This document shows, one piece after another, positions 27,230-40,969 of a stretch of 64,000 nucleotides of DNA. The position numbers were made by a program, and so were the translations under genes. Under the pieces are notes generated by a model that was not told the origin of the DNA, did no database searches, and saw only the letters and a program-made list of their open reading frames with translations. The number at the start of each line of letters is the position of its first letter. Position 1 is the stretch's first letter. Source of the DNA: Octopus sinensis (taxonomy: Eukaryota); contig NC_043000.1 of the NCBI RefSeq assembly GCF_006345805.1, positions 8,680,001 to 8,744,000 of the forward strand, in the 5' to 3' direction.

Positions 27230-27484
27230 TATATATATATATATTATATATATATATATAAATATATATATGTGTATACATACACACACACATATATTGA
27301 AATATATATACATATACATAATATATAATATATAGCTATATGTGAACCTGTATATATATATATGTATGTATGTATGTAACATTTGGTATAGTTATAAACA
27401 GGGCAAATTTTAGCTATTTCTCCGCAGACTTGAAACATACATACATACATACATACATACATACATACATACATACATACATAG

Positions 27485-27528
<44 letters not shown>

Positions 27529-27561
27529 TATACATACATATGTATTTCAATATGCATATGT

Positions 27562-27592
<31 letters not shown>

Positions 27593-27649
27593 CCTCTTTT
27601 TATCTATTTATCTGTATATACCTGATTCATATAACGTCAATATATATGC

Positions 27650-27696
<47 letters not shown>

Positions 27697-29404
27697 GCTC
27701 TATGCATTAAGCAAAAATCGAAATGATACACAAAGGCATAATTTTCCTTGAAATCTATCTAAAATTAGAGATGTTGCTGCCTCGTCTGCCTTTGATCAAT
27801 TACAACCTATTATCATGATTGGATTGCCTATTCATATTTCCAGTGGATTTGGGATAGAAGCTCCCAAATGTTTATACCTGGATATCCTTTGGCCTCGTTA
27901 ATTTTCAAGAGTTGTACAACAATTTTTTTTTTACTCTTAGTTCTGATTTTAAATATCTACTCTATTCGCCATAAGAGGCATTATTTAGTTTTTTTCCCCT
28001 TAAAATGTATTGTTTGTTTTTTCCCTTGCTTAAAAAAACGAACAGGAATTTTAATCGATTGAAATTACGTGTATAATTGGAAGAGAGTGAATTTGGTTTC
28101 ATATGCTCCGACCTATTAAACCTCCTTAGCAAAGCACATCTAAGATACCGGTGCCAGATAACAAAATGACTTAAAAAGTATTTGAAATGATTTCATTTGC
28201 ACTAATGACCTTTCTTCTCATTGCGGATATGATTTTACTCAAATTATATTTTTAGCTCGTTTCATAAAGTTTGCTATTCTACACTTTAGTATATGCTCTT
28301 AGAACAGAATATTTTAAGTTGCTTTATCAACGATTTATCTTGACTCATAGCTATCGATGATCGGCGTCATTCCACTCTGCATTTCTCCATTGAATACAGT
28401 CGCCTCCCTTGCCAACTTTGAAAACTTCTATTAATGCTGACACTTGTCATTACATATTTGTTTTTGTTGTTTTGTTTGTTCCTTCTCGAGCTACGCCTGG
28501 CTCATAAGGGCCGGTTTCCCAGTTTCCCTGGCGTATAGGTCCCCCACCTGGACAGGACACCGGTCCGTCGCAGGTGAGCTGCAAGCTACAGGAGGAAAGA
28601 GTGAGAGAAAGTTGTGGCGAAAGAATCAACGGAAGTTTGCCATTACCTTCTGCCGGAACCGCGTGGAACTTAGGTGTTTCGCTCATAAACACACACATTG
28701 CTCGGTCTGAGATTCGAACCCACAGTCCCTCGACCGCGAGTCCGCTGCTCTAACCACTAGGCCATGTGCCTTCATCTCATTACATGTTGGGCACGTTTTA
28801 TCAGTATTTCTTAGGGATTTATCATTTCTATACACTAACATAATCGGGCTTGCATCTCCAACGTCTTTGTTATAGTCACACCATTTCGGCCGTTGCATCA
28901 TCCGAGTGTCTTCAAACGTTTGTCGTATTCAGTAAGGCTCTCGGAATCTATTGTTGAATCGTTTATTAGATCCATGGGGATAAATTGATCTTATTCCGTT
29001 GTCCATATCAGTGATATTCCCCTAATTAGTTGTCCTCCTATTTGTGATGTCACTGGTTTGCTTCGCTTTGAACCAAACATGTGTAGTTTATATGACACAT
29101 CATTTGAACTCAAGCCTACTTGCTAAACTACTACAATTAACAGTTACATTCATTTTCTAAATATCCTGTAGAGCAACTGCATAGTGAAAATCATGAACTT
29201 TAATCCTAACGTATTTTTATGGTTGCAAGTTTAAAGTTGTTCCCTTAAAGGCCTCTCTTTCAGCCTGCTTAAAAAGCTAGCATATTCCATCCAGCGTATA
29301 CGCTAATTGTTTCAGTTGGTATAATTTCAACTGATTAGAAAATCTTTTAGGTTCACTACATCAAATGCACATTTTCCTTGTCTGTTCATGACTTTTCTTG
29401 ACCT

Positions 29405-30692
29405 ACGAATTATCATTAAAACGCATCCCACAGAAGACCATGCCCATACACAGAAACATTTCGTCATTTATATCTTAGATTTTGATCTGAACTTTAACGA
29501 TTTCATATTTATTAGCCCTTACTAGACCTTCCTTCGTTGTTGTTGTTGTTGTTGTTGTTAAGCAACAAGACGGGTAAGGGTGATTAGGTGATGGTCTAGG
29601 GCTTAGGGGCAGGAGACCCCAGACCTTGGAAAAAAAAACTTTGGTTGTCTTGTTGTAGTCGAGGGCTCTTCGTTGATGCCTGACACCACTGGGAGGTGGC
29701 CCTCGAAGTCGCTGGAAATGGAGATCACCAGATCCAAATTCTTGAACGGCAGACATTCCTTCACGCTCAAACGGCGGGAAAGGATTGCATAAATGTGTGT
29801 GCCAAACGACCAAAAAAAAAACAAAAGATATTTCTTTTTCTTAATCCATATATGCCCATAAAAAATTCACTGTATTTAGATTAAACTTTATGGTAAGCTT
29901 TCATAATGTGGAAGAGAAGGACAGTATGCAACTGTTAGCTACGGGTGTCGACTACCTACCAAGCATTTCGTATGTTCAGTCAGATCCTTTCCGGTGAGTT
30001 CATCTCCAAACAAGTAGGAGCAGGTTTTGCGTTGCGAAAACGCAACCAGGGGTTTTAAAGGTAATTTTAAAACCTATTTTCTCTTTAAATAAATACAAAA
30101 GTATAATAATTGTTAACCTCAAGCAAAAAAAAAATACTATACCAAAATAGAAAAGTGCCACAAAATTTTTACTTTCCTTTGATGATGGCGGTATCCATTT
30201 AAAATCTTTGAAACATCAAATGATGATGTCCGCTGTTGACTACATTGAAATTATTGAAAATGTTTTTAACAAAATGATTTTGATATGTCCAACTTTATCG
30301 CCCACATATTCTATAAGATAGAAAGCAAAGATTTCAGAGTAGTTTAAAAGAAAACAGGCATAGCTGTGTGGTAAGATGCTTGCTTTCCAACCACATGATC
30401 CAGGGTTCAGTCCCACAGCGTGGCACTTTGGGCAACTAGATTGTGAAAGCTTACCACAATGTTTAATCTAAATACAGCGAATTTTTTTATGGGTATATAT
30501 GGATTAAGAAAAAATATCTTTTGGTCATTTAGCACACACATTCATGCAATCCTTTTCCGCCGTTTGAGGGTGTAGCAAGGGCTAGTAAATATGAAATCGT
30601 TAAAGTTCAGGTCAAAGTGTAAGATATAAATGATGAAATGTCTCTGTGTATAGGTATGGTCTTCTGTAGGATGCATTGTAGTGATAATTCGT
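29405..30692. repeat. Inverted repeat pair (29405-29907 and 30440-30692); left arm carries a retro-insertion
   Basis: Reverse complement of 30440-30692 aligns to 29405-29907 apart from an insert of about 230 bp bounded by agaccttccttc (29524-29535) and agacattccttc (29751-29762), with an (AAC)n tail on -. Confidence 0.8.
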
Positions 30693-31546
30693 TGCTAGAA
30701 GAGACAGTTTCTCAAGGTGCCAGTTGAATCATTTTGCCATGCATAGGCGAGTCTATGAATAAGTTAAAAATATGTTCCTCAGTTGAGTAATGTCCCCAAA
30801 TCTGTTATGGATTCGACCATTGATTTCATATAAATGCTAGATTTATATGGAAAGGAGCAGAAAAAATTGTACATCTGCAGAAGATTGATCGAAGTTCGTA
30901 GCTGATAGAAAAAATGTTAGCTCGCCGGGCCAAATGCTTAGCGGTATTTCGTCTGCCGTTACGTTCTGAGTTCAAATTCCGCCGAGGTCGACTTTGCCTT
31001 TCATCCTTTCGGGGTCGATTAAGTAAGTACCAGTTACGCACTGGGGTCGATACAATCGAATTAATCCGTTTGTCTGTCCTTGTTTGTCCCCTCTATGTTT
31101 AGCCCCTTGTGGGTAGTAAAGAAATAGGTATTTCGTCTGCCGCTACGTTCTGAGTTCAAATTCCGCCGAGGTCGACTTTGCCTTTCATCCTTTCGGGGTC
31201 GATTAAATAAGTATCAGTTACGCACTGGGATCGTTGTAATCGAATTAGCCCCTTTGTCTGTCCTTGTTTGTCCCCTCTGTGTGTAGCCCCTTCGTGGGCA
31301 GTAAAGAAATAAGAATTGAGAGCAATGGTAACTGAGCGAGCATTATCCAACAGGTATCCAGAAGCAAACCAGTGACTGGAAGCCAACTCAACCTGAAAGC
31401 TTACAGCTGCAAATGTGGTTCACTGTGCAGAAGCGAAATCTTAAAAAGAAAACCGAAAGAACTCTCCCTACATATACGTGTCTCTTTCTTTTCTTCCATA
31501 TCCCTCTCATTACTCGCCTTCCACCACTATCGCTGGCACCACCACC

Positions 31547-31580
<34 letters not shown>

Positions 31581-31761
31581 TTACTACTGCTGCTGCTGCT
31601 GCCGCCGAAACCAGTCCTAGTGAGAGGCACCTTGGGCAAGTGTCTTTTGATATAGCCCCAGATCGATCAATGCTTTGTTACTGAATTTAGTAGACGGAAA
31701 GAGTGTAGAAGACCGTCGTGTATGTACGTATGTATGTATATATATATAATATATATATATA

Positions 31762-31840
31762 GGCCACAGAAGAAGGCCACAGACATACATATGATTTGTT
31801 ATGAATCTGTCTAATAAAGGCCCGAAACATATGTACCGCT
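31762..31840 (+). ncRNA. Hammerhead-like fold, degenerate
   Basis: CAGAAGA-a-ggcc...ggccc-GAAA-catatg-TA; palindromic stem III ACATATGT; core position 4 is A and stem I is poor. Confidence 0.4.
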
Positions 31841-31882
31841 GAATCCTTCGCCTCATGTTTTTATTTTTATTTTTATTTTGAT

Positions 31883-31919
<37 letters not shown>

Positions 31920-31983
31920 GAATGGCCGCGGTCTTGGGCTAGAAACTTTTAAGGATTTAAGGATATATATATTATATATATAG

Positions 31984-32016
<33 letters not shown>

Positions 32017-32199
32017 ATATATAACATATATATATATATATATATACATATAATATTACATACATATATATTATATATATTAATATATATATATATACAC
32101 ACAAACTTTTTATATAATATATATATATACATATATATATATACATATGTATATATATATACATATATATATATATACATACACACACACACACATACA

Positions 32200-32230
<31 letters not shown>

Positions 32231-33158
32231 CACAAACATATGCATTTATATATACATATATACACGCACAAACAAGCACATAAACACAGAACACACACAA
32301 ACACACATATATATATCAGCATGAATGTATACATGTATGTGCCTATGTGTTTGGTTTGTATTTGTGTTTGTCCCCAATAGCTTAGCGGCTCGGCCAAGAG
32401 AGCGATAGAATAAATACCTGATTAGACAAAAAACCAAAAAAAACATAGAATTGGGTTTGATTTGTTCGACCACAATCTTCAAAGCGCTATCCCAGCATTG
32501 TTGCAGTCCAATTACTGAAATCAGTAAAAGATATAAGATTTACAGCGTTTAAAATGTTTAATTTTCTTCCTTGTTTCAATTTGACTAAATTATTGTCAAT
32601 TTCTCGTTCGCCAAAATGTCTTACTTTGATACTTTGATAGGTTTCGGCCATTATTGGCCCAGGCCATGTTTAACTTAATAGCACCACCTGGCATGCATTT
32701 TTGTATATCCTTTCCTATAAGTTACATAATTGCAATATCGAAAATTAAAATCAATTAATCAAACAAGCAAAAAATAACTGAGATATATTTAATGGCTTAT
32801 TAATTTTTTGTGCTCATTTATAAAAATAAAATTCTCGCTGGTCACTTAAGGGTGAAGCTTGCGTATTATTTGCATTAATTTTTTACTTCTTATTTGCATA
32901 AGAAATTAAAAATAAAAAAATGAAGCATTTCACATACACACGCACATAGACACACAGACACACAGACACACACATACACACATACACACGTAAGTACGCA
33001 CACACATACACACAGCCACACATGCACACATACACACATACATGAGCAATTATACATAGAAACACGCGCGCAAACACACACATATCTGTGTCTCTGTGTG
33101 TATGTATATATTTGCACACGAATATATACAAACATACCCACATATATCTGTATAAATA

Positions 33159-33345
33159 CGCCATGATAGATCGCTATCCACTAAACCCATTTCTATTTTC
33201 TCTCCCTGTTTATTTCTGTGTTCCTTTCTGTGGAAGAGCGTAGGCTCAAAACGCAAAAGACTTTCTCACTCCCCGAGCCTTAAACTAATACACCTGTTTG
33301 TTGTTTACACACCCGTCTTCGTCTTTTGTAAATTCTCACTATCTT

Positions 33346-33403
<58 letters not shown>

Positions 33404-33585
33404 GGAGAATTCATAAAAAAAAAAAAGACAGGTGGTGTAGACAACAAATAGATATATTAGTATAACGCTCAGAAATTGATAAAAGTCTCTTACGTTTCGA
33501 GCCTACGCTCTTCCAGAGAAAGGAACACAGAAAAAACAAGGAGAGAAAATAAAGAATGTGTAGTGGCTTGTGATCTATCATGGCG
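33159..33585. repeat. Inverted pair of pLTR-like repeats around a (TA)n tract
   Basis: 33159-33345 and 33400-33585 are diverged reverse complements; both contain the gaagagcgtaggctc(g)aaacg motif. Confidence 0.8.
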
Positions 33586-33746
33586 AAGGCCGGACAGAAG
33601 GGTCACACAGGAGAGCTAGGGAGAAGGGGAGATAACAAAGTGGTGGTGATATATATATATATATATTATGCCAGTGCCGGAGCATGGGCAAAGCTCATGA
33701 GCTGAAACTAGATAAAAAAAGATATATATGATAGAGCGAGTGAGAA

Positions 33747-33795
<49 letters not shown>

Positions 33796-34229
33796 GACAG
33801 ACAGACCAAATGAAAGAGAGAAGATTATAGTTTATAGGATGCGTTTTGAAATAAGTTAAAACTGTTTCAGAAAGTGAAGCAAATGCAAGGTAGAGATAAC
33901 AGCCTGAAAACTGGAGCAAACAACCTAATTAGTAGTTTGGACGTTAACCTTATATTTTGATAACTCTAGTTTTTTTAACCCCGGAATATTGGAATATAAG
34001 AGAAAAAGAGAGAGGTACACACAGACACACATATATATATACAAGCATTCATAGATGTGTCTGTATATGTACACATACATATGTACATCCGTATTAAAAC
34101 GTGTATGCATACATTTATGTATTTCTGTCTATGTGCACCACTCTCTCTCTCTCTCACTCTTTCTCTCCCAGTACGAATACTTATATATATACGCATATAT
34201 ATGTATTCACACACACACATATCTATTTT

Positions 34230-34290
<61 letters not shown>

Positions 34291-34376
34291 ATATCTATCT
34301 ATGTTTCTATGTCTGTTTGTCTATCCAGATCTCTCTCTCTCTCTCTCTCTTTATATATATATATTTACATATATAC

Positions 34377-34484
<108 letters not shown>

Positions 34485-35129
34485 CTGGATAGACAGATAT
34501 ATTTATATACATACATGCATACATTCACACAGAAGACACACTCACATATACACACGTTTATGAATGTGAACGTAAACTCAATAACGATTTACAGAATTAG
34601 CCATCGTTTTAGATCATTTATATTTCCACGCACCAAAGGCAATAAATATTCGTTTCGCGTACCAACGACAAGCAATGCAACAACCTTTCAGGTCACACAA
34701 CAACCGATACACACACTACGTATTGTATCATACACAAGAACATGTAGTGTTGCAGTAGATTTCATTATCCATCGAATCAAAGAGATCGATCGTTAATGCT
34801 GTAGTGGACAAAATTTCTTTTTGACACCTACTAACAAAACTAATAGTTAGTGACAACCGAAGCTGTCAGAAAATCGTTTAGGCTGTCTGCATTATCGGTT
34901 CTTGCAATATGTTTATTAGTGATAATAGTCTTGTTTCGTATTATTAAACCCTTTCATTGAATTAAGCTGCTCGGATCAATAATTGTTCTAGCGTGCCACA
35001 AGAATCCTTGCTCTCCTATCGCTATCCTTTAATTTGACTGGCGAAAGAGATGTATCGAAATCTGTTTCATGTTAAAAACCTAATATCTAATGATATTATA
35101 TATATATAAAGTGCATTTTTTAATACATT

Positions 35130-35525
35130 TAATGCGTAAACTTGTAGCTGTTGTTGTTGTAGGTGATTGTGATGGTAGTGATGAATACAATGATGATGAT
35201 GATGATGGCGATGGTGATGGTGGTGGGGAGGTCGATGGTGATGATGGTGATGATGTTGGTAGCTGCTGTTGACGACGACTACGATGATGATGATACTAAT
35301 ATTAATGATGATTCTGATGATGATAATGATATTGACGATGATAAGGATATTGACGATGATGATGATGATGACGACGACGACGACGACGACGACGACGATG
35401 ATGATGATGATGATGATGATGATATCGATGATGATGATGATATTGATGATGATATCGATGATGATGATAATGATATCGATGATGATGATGATGGTGATGA
35501 TGATGATGATGATGACGACGACGAC

Positions 35526-35558
<33 letters not shown>

Positions 35559-35615
35559 ATCGATGATAATGATGATGTTGACAATAATGATGACGGCGAC
35601 GATGACGACAACGAC
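35130..35615. repeat. Compound (GAT/GAC)n trinucleotide low-complexity tract
   Basis: Poly-D/poly-M/poly-S ORFs in several frames with no unique flanking coding sequence. Confidence 0.9.
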
Positions 35616-36789
35616 TTTTTAATGTCTTTTTTTTCTTCTATATTCTGAAATATTTTGGAAGTGTTGATAGTTCAAGTGATGGAGTATTTCATAAGAGACT
35701 TAAAAAACAACAACAACGCCCCCCCCCCAAAGCAAAGCAAAGATTAGCTTATTAATGCTCGTATAATTCTGAAAAAAAAACAACAGAAAACAAAAAGGAA
35801 ACATCCGAAATAGGATGAGAAATTTGTAAATGAATAGCAATGTTTGAAAGAAACCATTTTATCACATTCATGGTCAAAAGGAATCAGTTGGTAATTATTT
35901 TTCAATGGAATCACCATTAAATTGAAACTCTGAAGAAAACCTTTTTTCACATTTGTTAGCCAAAATGTTTGCTTTATTCCACGTTGGAGCGAAGAAAAAA
36001 CGAGAAACTAAACGAGCAAAGTATTTGTTTCTTTACAACAGCATTATTAATATGTTGGGAAAATACGATTTGTCACGTCCACGCTTTTTTCAAGTGCATT
36101 GGAAATATAATTGAGACGGAATGGATTTAGCCAGAAATATATAACAGAATGAAAATTGTCTTTTTTATGCATACATATACACACACATGCAGACACATAC
36201 GCGCACAGACGCACGGTGGCATTCACGTACATACGTACGCAAGGACTCACGAACGCACGGATGCATGGAGTTGCGGATGCACACACTGAAGGACGGACGC
36301 ACAGACACAAGCGCGGAAAGCCGGACGGTTCTATGGACGTGCACATACGCGTGCAGATGCACGGAGGCGTGCATATCCACTCGCACGCACGTACGTACGA
36401 ACGCACGAACGCACGCACGCACGCATGGACGCCGGCATGCACACATGCCCATTCCACGTATTCTCGAAGATAAAAAGAAAACAATTGTTGAATCGTTTAT
36501 TAAATCCACGGGGAAAACTTGATCTTATTCCGTTATCCATATCAGTGATATCCTCCTTATTAGTTGTCCTCCTATTTGTGATGCAACTGGTTTGCTTCGC
36601 TTGAAAGCACATTCAATTCGAATACGGCACCTCCTTAGCTACACAGTTCATGTATTACTCTTATCTATTATTTGATTGTTTACTGGTGAAAAAAAAACCC
36701 GTTTCGATCTTATTGATGTCATCAGGAGCGGCCGTCGTTTTCGATGAAACCAACATGAGCGAAATGGGACTCCAATCCACAGAACCAAA

Positions 36790-37160
<371 letters not shown>

Positions 37161-37203
37161 AAATAATAATAACAATAATAATAATAATAATAATAATAAT
37201 AAT

Positions 37204-38963
37204 TTTCTGCTTTTCTGCTTGGCACTGTCACCTCTATCTGATATGCTAAATAGAACTGGATGCGGATATAAATGTTACGGCAAAACGATCAGCCACCTTT
37301 TATATATGGATGACCGAAAACTATACGCTGCAAATGACAAACAGCTGGAAACACTATTAAAGACAGTTCATGGATTTACCAAAGAAATAGATATGAAATT
37401 TGGATTAGAAAAATGCGCCAAAGTAACCATGAAAAGAGGAAAACTAGTTAAGAGTAACAACATCACACTAGATAAAACCAATGAAATAAAAGAATTAGAC
37501 CAAAGCCAAACTTACAAATACTTAGGAATCCATGAACTAGATAAGACACAACACACACAAATGAAAGAGAAAATAAAAAAAGAATATTATAGACGAGTTA
37601 GATCAATACTGAAAACAGAGCTCAATGCTAAAAACAAGATAATAGGTATCAACACTTTAGCCGTCCCAGTTATAAGTTACAGCTACAATATCCTTAACTG
37701 GACACGAAATGAACTGACCAAAATAGATAGGAAAACAAGAAAAATAATGACAGGATCTAGGATGCATCACCCAAAATCTGACATAGAAAGACTATATACA
37801 CAACGTATAGAAGGTGGTAGAGGGCTTATACAGCTGGAAAACTACTGTAAAATAACCACCATAGGACTGCAAAAATATCTACTTCAGAAGGAAGGAAAAC
37901 TGATACAAATAGCGGCAAAACACGAGCAAAACAAAAAACTGTTCTCAGTATTTAATGAAGCTGACAAATACAAACAAGAAATCATACCACCTAATAAACA
38001 TGAAGAAGAAGAAGAAGAAGATGAAGAAGCAACAAAAGCCATAAAACAAATGAAGTCCAAACTAAAAGTAGAACAGCAACGAACCATGATAAAACGATGG
38101 CAAGAAAAGCCCCTTCATGGTAAATACTGGACTAAACTAAACGCAAAAGAAATAGACAAAGAAAAATCCCAGCAATGGTTGAGAAGCTCAGGACTCAAAG
38201 CAGACACAGAGGGATTTTTAATTGCAGCACAAGACCAAAGCCTCCCCACCAGAAATTACCAAAAACATGTAATGAAAAGAAATATTACAAGTAACTGCAG
38301 AATATTCGGAGATGGACAAGAAACAATAAATCATATTATCTCTAGCTGCCCAGTCCTGGCTAAGAAGGAATATATTCACAGACATGACAGAGTTGGAACC
38401 TACATACACTGGAAGCTATGCCAACATTATGGAATAACAACAGAAAAAAGATGGTATAGGCACACACCAGAAAAGGTCACAGAAAACGAGAAAGCAACCA
38501 TACTCTGGGATATGCCGATACACACAGATAGAGAAATTAAGGCCAACAGACCAGATATAGTTGTCAGAGATCATGAAGAAAAAAATGCTTTCTAATTGAT
38601 GTATCAATACCAGCGGATGACAACGTGTCTCTAAAATAAATGGAGAAACTCTCAAAATACAAAGACCTGGAAATAGAGGTAACTAGAATGTGAAATCTGA
38701 AAACAGAAACAATTCCTATCATAGTAGGTGCATTAGGCATGATAAAAAAAATATTCAGACAAATACATAACAAAAACACCAGGACTTACAAACACATATA
38801 ACATACAGAAAATTGCACTACTAGGCACTACACACATCCTACGCAGAACACTTTCCATATAATAACCATCAGAGCATCACAACAAATCACAGCACATACC
38901 CAAGGCACACAGAGCTGCGCTCGGTAGTGAAGTGAAAGCACGCTATAAAAATAAAACTACTGA
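37204..38963 (+). mobile_element. 5'-truncated R4/Dong-type non-LTR retrotransposon (RT, zinc knuckle, restriction-like endonuclease)
   Basis: LLFCLALSPLS, HLLYMDDRKLYA, FGLEKC, YKYLG, GGRGL, CRIFG..ETINHIISSC, HRHDRV, LWDMPIHTDREIKANRPDIVV, then frameshifted LIDVSIP..KLSKYKDLEIE..IVGALG with two premature stops; flanked by (AAT)n on both sides. Confidence 0.92.
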
Positions 38964-40969
38964 ATAATAATAATAATAAAAGCAAAGTCAACCTCGGAAG
39001 AATTTGAACTCAGAAGATAAACAATCGAAAGAAATACCGCGAATCATTTTGTCCAACCCTTGTCCATAGAAAAGCAATACATTTCGCGCGCGCACACACG
39101 CGCACACACGCGCACACACACACACATTCATTGCTAAAGTGACGTAATGAGAGCCAGGAATTTTGAGGGACGGCTGGGTAAAGGCCGATGTTATCAACAT
39201 CAGTTCATGACAGGAACTTATTTTATTGGATTTAGGAGGACTGAAAAACAAAATGGACACCAGTAAGGTTTCTATTCGAAATGAAAAGAGACTGTGTTAA
39301 TTATTAATTAACGTTTAATACGGCATTCTACCGATTCTGTCGCATTACTACTCCCTTAATGTCGCTTTCATAGCTAACACCTTTAGGGAAGGCATGCGGA
39401 TGTCAAGTTTTGTTTCCAATCTCCTTAATTAATTACAGATAATAACCTACTTTTGGATACGGCTAATTATGAACTGCGCAGCATCTGCTGTTTGGTGATC
39501 TTGTATTTCAGTGGTCCCTAACTTTTTGAGTAGCAAAGACCCCTTTTAATTAAATGAAATTTCCTATAAATTCCGCTCCCAGGTCATATGAAAGATCTAT
39601 TGATTTCGTTAACTAACAACGAATTCGCTTTCTCATTTCTGCCTCTCAAATGTGTCATTATATGTAACTGAGCAATTACGCCTTCTAACTGACAGCCTTT
39701 TAAAATTCTAAGTACGATTCACAACACAAAATAGCAATGTGGAAACCGCTGTTTTGTTTTATGTATCAGTTAGAAGTGGACAGTAATTTAAATATATCTT
39801 CATAAAACTGTGTTGTCTATAAAAATATCATGACTGTTTGGAACATGATGTTTCAAAAAATAAAGAATAAACAAACGAATGCATGCACAAAACAATTTCT
39901 TTTTTTTTTTTGTACAGGTAGCACCGATCATATTTTCTCACAAGTTCTGCTCCTACAAAAAATGTTTTTCGCTTCGGTTATCAACATATATTCTCGAGAT
40001 TATACTCATCATAAACAGCCTTTTAGATTAAATTCTTCCGTCCAAGTTATCAGTCATTGGGAAAGCAAAAAAGAAATCAAAGTAAAAAAAAAAAGAGATT
40101 ATCGACGTGTGTAAACGTGAAACGAAATTCATACTGCAGTCATGTTTACAATTAGACGAAGTGATTGTTGAAACTATTTTGAGCCAATAAACATGTCGGT
40201 ACGCATCATATAGTGTTCATTGCATCATGACAAGTCAATGTTTGTACTTTGCATTATGTTATAAATTAAAAACGATTCACTAAGACAAACGAATAATATT
40301 TTGAAGTTCGCAGGAATCTAACAGACCGTAAACGCAATCAGTCAATGAATGCGCTATGCATCACACACACACACACACCACACACACACAAAACACACGC
40401 GCGTATATATACAGATGTAATGTATATACAAAGTTGTTTACTCTACTAGAGGCATTAGACTGAATTTTTTTTAGTTGATTTACATGGACGCCATGTGCTC
40501 AACTGGTACTTATTTTATCAACTCTGAAATGATGAATAGCGCAGTCAACTTCGGCGGAATTTGAACTCAGACCGTAAGGACGAAATGCTGCTAAGCATTT
40601 TGTCCGACGTGCCAACGATTCTACATGCTTGTCGCCTTCTGGATGTGTATTAACGAGAGATAACCATCAATGGGTGAGTACTTTTATCTGTCTGAAAGTC
40701 AAGAGTGACACTCGAAATCAGAGAGAGGGAATGGATTCATTGGGTTAGCTTCTATACTTGGGTGCTGTCCAACCGGATAAAATAAATGACAACAAGCCAA
40801 CGAGGGATGACTACAAGCCAGCCTATCTAGTGGCTGAGTCTACAAAATATAGCAGTTAAGCCTCCCTTATAACATTATCGACAACCTTAACAAGGGCATA
40901 TTAGATAAAGCACAACGAAAAAAACTGCTGAGATGATGTAGTAAAAACAAAGTGTGCGTTGAGTTGACA

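Noticed and set aside
35163-35648. Poly-Asp ORF suggestive of an acidic biomineralisation protein
   Set aside because: Pure (GAT/GAC)n tract open in several frames with no signal peptide, splice context or unique coding flank.
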